Origin: Campylobacteraceae bacterium
Lineage (GTDB): Bacteria; Campylobacterota; Campylobacteria; Campylobacterales; Sulfurovaceae
DNA: 64,000 bases
Assembly: GCA_027065045.1 (NCBI GenBank)
Contig: JAMOOX010000087.1
Span: 30,912 to 94,911 of the forward strand
Direction of reading: 5' to 3'
Positions 58,701 through 64,000 of the stretch are shown here, in pieces. Within the stretch, counting starts at the first letter, position 1; every line of letters begins with the position of its first letter. The notes below the pieces were generated by a model. The model was not told where the DNA came from and did no database searches. It worked only from the letters and a program-made list of their open reading frames with translations. Both the position numbers and the translations under genes were made by a program.

Positions 58701-59068
58701 ATATCATAACTATCTTTCATAGTTGGAACATATTGTAAATAATCTATATTTTTATCTACTATATTCTCTTGTGAACTACCTATAAATTCAGAAGCTAGTT
58801 TAATAGATGAGTTTAATTTAGCTCTTTGATTTTCAAGTTTTCCCAAAAACTCTTTTTTATCTGATGCTATATATAGAGAAGAGAATCCCCTCTCTTTTCC
58901 TAAATCCAATAAGACTTCATCTAAAAATTTATTTTTTTTAATTACATTCTCTAATGAAAGAGATTCATAGTATTTAACACCTGTTGTTACAACAAAATAA
59001 CCCGATAATGTAAATAGTAATGAGATTGGTATAAAACCAATCAACTTTAATCTGCCTTTAATAGTCAT
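55799..59068 (-). CDS. hybrid sensor histidine kinase / response regulator with periplasmic NIT-like sensor domain
   Basis: A TM helix is followed by LGKERGFSSLYIAS and KENAGLSRAFISYY, the paired NIT-type motifs, then a second TM helix. Next come H-box MSHEIRTPLNGI, N/G boxes and a receiver (DLIFMDIQMPVMDG). An extra ~190-aa C-terminal region follows. Confidence 0.85.
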   Translation of the reverse strand: MTIKGRLKLIGFIPISLLFTLSGYFVVTTGVKYYESLSLENVIKKNKFLDEVLLDLGKERGFSSLYIASDKKEFLGKLENQRAKLNSSIKLASEFIGSSQENIVDKNIDYLQYVPTMKDSYDMVKTISYQNAIDKLKLINRARAKVDSDDSDFKTIFAIDYTKNIINPVLDSLVQINKFTLNSKINALLQTHVQLYIAKENAGLSRAFISYYITKRLKLNKDEMSMWDSYNIQSHIFQPKHINESSIRKSIASIYNDPKNRYTLKKLDSMIASVQSQINTGKYDITGKEWFTAQTDRISILSKAQKRIYQELEKASQDYLVEQQSILYISLGLWVFSTILLFMGFRTARDISNNIKELEDVINKAVSEAKSTDSDIDDIESIENIDLNTHKGTKTAYQFLESLIENAKKDKKMAFEANEAKSLFLANMSHEIRTPLNGIVGFTELLKSTDTTPEQAEFLGIIDKSSENLLSIINNILDLSKIESNKIEIENIIFNSYEEFESAVETYAVGAAEKNIDLNFYMDPTIPIKLKGDPTKIKEVLINLMSNAIKFTGYEGEINVEIVKTKDDNDLNSKITFSVSDNGIGMTAEQQSRIFDAFSQADASVTRKYGGTGLGLTISSQFTELMGGRLELTSEEDVGTKFFFSLPLEEIDIDDTGVTNTNFKETSLCKYEDYNSRTTLDKFIDRYFDHFTPKVQNFSAVSELKGLHSQNKCESYWVDIDKINENIYDSLGKIEKEKLFVLANVTTRKKIEELGINNDNVIFKPVTVTKLKGALKNASQKIEHIEEKVQEEAVKQATVFNAKILVAEDNIINQKLIKHVLSEHGMDIDLANNGLEAFEKRRNGSYDLIFMDIQMPVMDGLEATREIINYEKDEEIEHIPIVALTANALKGDREAFLKEGLDEYVSKPIETTELVYVLNKFLSHKSQKIDKDEFEKQRDERRSKLTGNKSNKRKSKETPTEPKDELVEKTVAPKVETPKKKELANKILIAKKSLLEVRMLSTMIKNTGNEYEVIDNIANLDAKIATNEYGILFTDAQFVSDSIKAQKDALAIILPKKSKFDTLGITLGEELEGKMNKAIVEEIIKKYKG

Positions 59069-59085
59069 TATAATCTGCCTCCATA

Positions 59086-61137
59086 TTAGTGTGCAATATT
59101 TTCCATAAAGAGTTTAAATGATAAGAATTGTCCCCAATATTTTTTGAGAAGTGGCTCAAATCTAGCTGGATTTTCACAATGTTGTATCTCTTCTAATGTC
59201 TCTGAAAGAGGTATAATTCGTAAATTACTAGAAGCCCCTTTTAACTTATGTCCTGTCTTTTGAATAGTATCAATATCACCCTCTGCAAAAGCCTTAATAA
59301 AAGTCTCTTTCTCTTCTACTGCTTGGTCAACAAAGTCATTTACAAACTCTTCAATCAAATCAACAGGAAGACTTAAATCATCTGCTGCCTCTTCTAATCT
59401 AAAGTCAAAATGGATAGGCTTAATACCATCTAGTTCTAAAGTTCCAAATCCTTGTGGCTCTTCCTCTTTAGGCTCTATTTTCTCTTCTACTTTCTTTTCT
59501 ATTGGTTCTTCTATCTCTTGAGGTTTTTCATTAGATACAGTAGTGATTTGTCCTAAACATTCAAAGTATATATCAACAAGCTCTTCTTCAAGATAATCTC
59601 TCTCTTGCATATCTACAAGTATCTCTTCTAAGTTTGCTATCTCTAAACTCTCTGCAATACTTTGCAACTCTTCTAAAGCTTCTTCTCTTGCAGATTTATC
59701 CTCTGAGCGTAAATCCTCATCACAAATAATAGATTTGTCTATAAATTCATTTAAAAAATCTTGATAATCAGTAGCAGATATTCCCATATCTTCACTTCTA
59801 TCATCTATATTTATCTCTATAGTATCATCACAATTATAATCTTTGATAGGTTTTTTCTCTATTTTTTTCTCTATTTTTTTCTCTACTTTTGGCTCTTCTT
59901 TAGGAGATACTTTATCTTCATCAATATCTAAAAGTAAATCTTTAATCTCCTCTACTTCTTCTTTGAGTTCCTCTTTTTGAGGAGTAGAGATAGGCTTTTC
60001 AACATCTAAAAGTAAATCATCAATATCTTCTATCTCCTCCTCTTCTACTTTAGGTTCTTCTTTTTTGGGTGCAGGTTCTTCAAGGTCTAAAAGTAAATCA
60101 TCAATCTCTTCAACCTCCTCCTCTTCTACCTTTGGCTCTTCTTTAGGAGATACTTTATCTTCATCAATATCTAAAAGTAAATCTTTAATCTCCTCTACCT
60201 CTTCTTTGACTTCCTCTTTTTGAGGAGTAGAGATAGGCTTTTCAACATCTAAAAGTAAATCATCAATCTCTTCAACCTCCTCCTCTTCTACCTTTGGCCC
60301 TTCTTTTTTAGGTGCAGGTTCTTCAAGGTCTAAAAGTAAATCATCAATCTCTTCAACCTCCTCCTCTTCTTCCTCTTCAATATCATCAATCTTTAGCTCT
60401 TCTTGAGGTGTAGGTTCTTCAATATCTAAAAGAAACTCATTACTCTCTTCAATTTCTACCTCTTCCTCTTCAATATCATCAATCTTTAGCTCTTCTTGAG
60501 GTGTAGGTTCTTCAATATCTAAAAGAAGCTCATTACTCTCTTCAAGCTCCTCTTCTTCTTTATTATCTTCTAATAATTTAGATAGAGTATCTTCAAATAA
60601 CTCCTCTTTAGGTTCAATAGTCTCTACTGATGGCTCTAATTTAGCCATTGTAGTTTTTGGATTTTGAAGTTCTTGACTAGCCTCTTCCAAATCTTGTTCT
60701 AATTGACTTTTTTTCTCTTCTATTATAGGTGTTTTTTTAATTGGTTTTGTAATAACTTCATCGTCATCATCATCAAAGAAAATACTAGGGATTTTCTTTT
60801 TAGGTTTTTTAGGTTCATCATCTAATAGAATATTTAATTTATTTACACTTTTTATGTCATCTTTTTTATCATTAGCTTTAGATTTAGATACAGTATTGTA
60901 TAACTTTACTAATATTATATCTCCAAAAGTTGTTTTGATAGTATATTCTTCATAAGCACTTTGAATTGTACTTACATCTGAAATAATTGTTAGTTTTCTA
61001 TCACTGATTTTAGTAATCTTTATATCATTATTGACTACCTTACTAAAGAGAATAGGCAGATTATCAATCTCCAAAATCTCCAATAGTTCATAGTCAGCAG
61101 CTACAATTTGTCTCTCTTGATTTAACATATAATACAT
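59086..61137 (-). CDS. HPt (histidine phosphotransfer) domain protein with a very large acidic repeat region
   Basis: The C-terminal QKTGHKLKGASSNLRI matches the HPt motif HxLKGxxxxxG. The middle ~350 aa is Glu/Asp/Leu-rich tandem repeats. The start may be 61137 or 61128. Confidence 0.75.
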   Translation of the reverse strand: MYYMLNQERQIVAADYELLEILEIDNLPILFSKVVNNDIKITKISDRKLTIISDVSTIQSAYEEYTIKTTFGDIILVKLYNTVSKSKANDKKDDIKSVNKLNILLDDEPKKPKKKIPSIFFDDDDDEVITKPIKKTPIIEEKKSQLEQDLEEASQELQNPKTTMAKLEPSVETIEPKEELFEDTLSKLLEDNKEEEELEESNELLLDIEEPTPQEELKIDDIEEEEVEIEESNEFLLDIEEPTPQEELKIDDIEEEEEEEVEEIDDLLLDLEEPAPKKEGPKVEEEEVEEIDDLLLDVEKPISTPQKEEVKEEVEEIKDLLLDIDEDKVSPKEEPKVEEEEVEEIDDLLLDLEEPAPKKEEPKVEEEEIEDIDDLLLDVEKPISTPQKEELKEEVEEIKDLLLDIDEDKVSPKEEPKVEKKIEKKIEKKPIKDYNCDDTIEINIDDRSEDMGISATDYQDFLNEFIDKSIICDEDLRSEDKSAREEALEELQSIAESLEIANLEEILVDMQERDYLEEELVDIYFECLGQITTVSNEKPQEIEEPIEKKVEEKIEPKEEEPQGFGTLELDGIKPIHFDFRLEEAADDLSLPVDLIEEFVNDFVDQAVEEKETFIKAFAEGDIDTIQKTGHKLKGASSNLRIIPLSETLEEIQHCENPARFEPLLKKYWGQFLSFKLFMENIAH
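59885..60560. repeat. in-frame coding tandem repeats inside the HPt gene
   Basis: Two near-identical 243-bp (81-codon) units run from about 59885-60127 and 60128-60370. Two 93-bp units follow at about 60375-60560. Boundaries are approximate. Confidence 0.8.
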
Positions 61138-61228
61138 ATCGGCTCTAGCCTCCTTAGTTATATTTTGTTATATTTGTGATTATTTTACTTAAGTTTATAA
61201 TAAAATAGCTAAATACCAATTGAATTTA

Positions 61229-63010
61229 TTAGTTATCTTTTAAAATTTTTGCTATTTTGATATTTGTAACATCTTTTATATCTTCAAATGATGATTTTTC
61301 TATTTCTTCAAATGTACCAAAAAAATTAATAAGCTTTTTAATCGTAACTTCACCTATACCTTTTTTGGATAATAAAGAGATTTTTTTATCATTTTCTCTC
61401 TTTAATTTACGATGATAACTTATAGCATATCTATGTGATTCATCTCTTGATCTCTGTATCCATTGTAATCTCTTATCACTAGGTGTGAGATTAAATATAT
61501 TATCTTTTGTATATATTTTATCTTTTGCCCTACCTTTAGCACGATTTGCTTTAGCATTTATTTTCTCTTTTGCAATAGCAATTACATCTAAATTAATATC
61601 TCTCTCTTTTAAAATATCAAAAGCTAAATTAAGATTGGCTAACCCTCCATCAAGTATCCATAAATCAGGTAAATTTCCACTCTCAATTCGTCTAAGTAGC
61701 ATCTCTCTCATCTGCCCATACTCATCACGACTATTAAGCCTATATCTTCTATAACTTGACTTATCCCATTCACCCTCATTCCATACCACCATACCACCTA
61801 CAATAGACTCACCACTAATATGAGAGTTATCAAAAGCCTCTACTCTAAATGGTACTCTTGATAGATTTAAAAGATGTGCAATATCTTGTTCTGTATCGCT
61901 ATTTCTATTATCTACTTTAAGTAACTCTTTGGCATTTTGCAAAGCTATATTAATAAGCTTTGCCCTACTCCCAATTTTGGGATATTTAATTGATACTTTT
62001 TGGGCTAATTTATCAGATAAAATAGACTCTATTTCTGCTATATCTTCAAAATCATCTCCCACTAATATATCAGTTGTAATAGATGGCATATCACTACTAT
62101 AAAATTCTAATAAAACCTGTTTATAAGCACTACTTTTATTATATATATGAGTCTCTCTAAAGTATGAATAGCTACTTGATATTATCTTACCACCTCTCAT
62201 AAAAAGCCTTACAACCACACCCCTATCATCACCATTGAGTATAACAAATATATCATAATTAGCACTACTAGCTAAATCAATTTGAGAAGATAGAGTAATC
62301 TTTTTGATAGACTCTATCATATCTCTCTTTTTCATAGCCTCTTCAAACTGCTCATTAGAGGCGAAACTCAACATTAAATCTTTAAGTTTTAATATTAAAT
62401 TTGCTCTATTTTCAATATCTTTTTTGGCACTATCAACTATTTTAATATACTCATCTCTACTCACCCTACCCTCACAAGGAGCAAGACATTTTTTAATCTG
62501 ATAAAATAGACAAGCCTTTTTACCTTTGAGACAACTGCTCTTTTGAACTAATGGATATATCTCATAAATAGCATTTAAAAGCTCTCTACCACCATTTGGA
62601 AATGGCCCATAATATTTAACTCCTTTAGACTTTATAACCTTTCTAGTAAGTTCAAATCGTGGAAACTCATCTAACTCATTAATATAAATATATGGATAGG
62701 TTTTATCATCTCTAAGTAAAATATTATACTTTGGTTTCAACTGCTTAATAAGAGAATTTTCCAATATCAAAGCATCATCTTCACTATCTACTATAATATA
62801 CTCTAATCTTATAGTCTCACTAAGCATCTTAATAATTCTACTTGAGAGCTTATTATTTATCCTAAATTCTGGATTAAATCTAAAATAACTTTTGACTCTA
62901 TTGCTAAGATTTTTTGCCTTTCCAACATACAATAATTTACCATCTTTATCAAAATATTGATATACACCTGCACTGTTAGGAAGAGATTTGATTTTTAGTT
63001 CAAGTTGCAT
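61229..63010 (-). CDS. uvrC: excinuclease ABC subunit C
   Basis: The GIY-YIG N-terminus is GVYQYFDKDGKLLYVGKAKNLSNRVKSYF. A UVR domain, an endonuclease V-like domain and a C-terminal HhH follow. Confidence 0.93.
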   Translation of the reverse strand: MQLELKIKSLPNSAGVYQYFDKDGKLLYVGKAKNLSNRVKSYFRFNPEFRINNKLSSRIIKMLSETIRLEYIIVDSEDDALILENSLIKQLKPKYNILLRDDKTYPYIYINELDEFPRFELTRKVIKSKGVKYYGPFPNGGRELLNAIYEIYPLVQKSSCLKGKKACLFYQIKKCLAPCEGRVSRDEYIKIVDSAKKDIENRANLILKLKDLMLSFASNEQFEEAMKKRDMIESIKKITLSSQIDLASSANYDIFVILNGDDRGVVVRLFMRGGKIISSSYSYFRETHIYNKSSAYKQVLLEFYSSDMPSITTDILVGDDFEDIAEIESILSDKLAQKVSIKYPKIGSRAKLINIALQNAKELLKVDNRNSDTEQDIAHLLNLSRVPFRVEAFDNSHISGESIVGGMVVWNEGEWDKSSYRRYRLNSRDEYGQMREMLLRRIESGNLPDLWILDGGLANLNLAFDILKERDINLDVIAIAKEKINAKANRAKGRAKDKIYTKDNIFNLTPSDKRLQWIQRSRDESHRYAISYHRKLKRENDKKISLLSKKGIGEVTIKKLINFFGTFEEIEKSSFEDIKDVTNIKIAKILKDN

Positions 63011-63456
63011 CTAATTTTTGCTTTAATATCATTAAATTTATCCAATATATCACTATTTAAACTAATAATCTCAAACTCCCCTGATGATTGTTCTAGATAA
63101 TATGGTACAGTAATCTCTATCTCATTACTCTCTTTGATAATTGAAATTTTATTAGAGTTAAATATTATTACCTCCTCTACATCAAAATCTTTGCATTTAA
63201 TATCATTTTGAGATAATATTTTAAATAAAGATTTAAATGTACCTTTATTATAATCTAACTCCATCTTAAACCCTGGGTGAGAGAGAGCAATAAAAAGCTT
63301 TTTTTCTCTAATATATACAAAAGCAATCGCTCTTTTAAATTTAGGATTTATTATAGATATAAATTTTTGATAACAGTAGTTTTTTTTGAGATTTTTAAAT
63401 TGCGGTTGATTTGTAAGATATGATACCATAGTATTAGCATCTAAAAATTTTCTCAT
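62995..63456 (-). CDS. DUF721 (DciA-like) domain protein
   Basis: 153 aa. The N-terminal pattern ...AIAFVYIREKKLFIALSHPGFKMELDY resembles DUF721 proteins. The assignment is tentative. Confidence 0.45.
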   Translation of the reverse strand: MRKFLDANTMVSYLTNQPQFKNLKKNYCYQKFISIINPKFKRAIAFVYIREKKLFIALSHPGFKMELDYNKGTFKSLFKILSQNDIKCKDFDVEEVIIFNSNKISIIKESNEIEITVPYYLEQSSGEFEIISLNSDILDKFNDIKAKIRCNLN

Positions 63457-63522
63457 ATATATTCTCTTATTTTTGATTTATTATATCCAATTTTTTGTTA
63501 TAATTTTACAAAGGATAAAATA

Positions 63523-64000
63523 ATGAAAATAAAAGCCTATGCTAAAGTAAATATATTTCTCAAAATTACAGGACATAAAGATGGGTATCATACCCTATTA
63601 TCTCGCTTTGTTAAAGTAAATAATCTATATGATGAGATAGAGTTTGTAGAGGCTAAGTGTGATAAATTCACTATTGAGGGGTGTGAATTTGTAGAAACTA
63701 AATCAAACACAATATATAAAGCATTTATAGCTTTGAATAACTATTGTGGAGATTTAGATTTACTAGAGTTTTTTTATAATCATAAAGTAGTAGTAACCAA
63801 AAACATCCCATCACAAGCAGGACTTGGTGGAGGAAGCAGTGATGGGGCTTATTTTATGCTTTTAGCAAATAGAGTATGTAATTTAGGTTTAGATATAGAT
63901 ACATTAGTCAAAATTGGCTCAACTATTGGAGCTGATTTTCCATTTTTTATATATAACTATAATAGTGCTAATGTATCAGGATTTGGAGAGATTGTAGAAA
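63523..64000 (+). CDS. ispE: 4-(cytidine 5'-diphospho)-2-C-methyl-D-erythritol kinase, N-terminal part (runs off window end)
   Basis: My translation is MKIKAYAKVNIFLKITGHKDGYHTLLSRF...KNIPSQAGLGGGSSDGA, with the GHMP kinase motif. Confidence 0.85.
   Translation, partial: MKIKAYAKVNIFLKITGHKDGYHTLLSRFVKVNNLYDEIEFVEAKCDKFTIEGCEFVETKSNTIYKAFIALNNYCGDLDLLEFFYNHKVVVTKNIPSQAGLGGGSSDGAYFMLLANRVCNLGLDIDTLVKIGSTIGADFPFFIYNYNSANVSGFGEIVE

Overview
This is a 64-kb chromosomal segment from a very AT-rich Campylobacterota (epsilonproteobacterial) genome. Gene content and order look Arcobacter-like, but that is inference only. About 55 protein genes are tightly packed, and most are core housekeeping. They include pheST, the thrB-ylxR-infB-rbfA-rimP-ribD block, glyQ, waaA, dgkA, gatA, leuBD, rpsU, gyrB, maf, an amt/P-II pair, monomeric icd, miaA, ppiD-ftsA-ftsZ, queA, uvrC and ispE. 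There is also one tRNA-Ser(GGA) and several c-di-GMP and two-component signalling genes. No transposase, integrase or prophage genes were seen. Small accessory islets sit between the core genes: (1) an ABC-type ATPase plus a small PD-(D/E)xK-like protein, translationally coupled inside the ribD-glyQ operon, which I rate the best candidate for an undescribed two-gene defence module; (2) two tandem paralogous P-loop(STAND-like)+TPR proteins with no effector domain, one with a Walker-A Lys->Arg change, flanked by a decayed C5-methyltransferase relic, an L,D-transpeptidase and a divergent HicB/HicA pair; (3) a 432-aa HNH-type intein splitting GyrB in the TOPRIM EGDSAGG|SAKQGRD motif; (4) an orphan 3-repeat CRISPR mini-array ending in ATTGAAAC with no cas genes in the window, preceded by an unexplained tandem repeat family built around GTTTGCGAACTT; (5) decayed vapBC, Memo-like and Dcm-like genes; (6) a NIT-hybrid kinase / CheY / HPt phosphorelay whose HPt protein carries near-identical 243-bp acidic tandem repeats. 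All calls come from reading the ORF translations and the DNA by eye. No database search or statistics were run.
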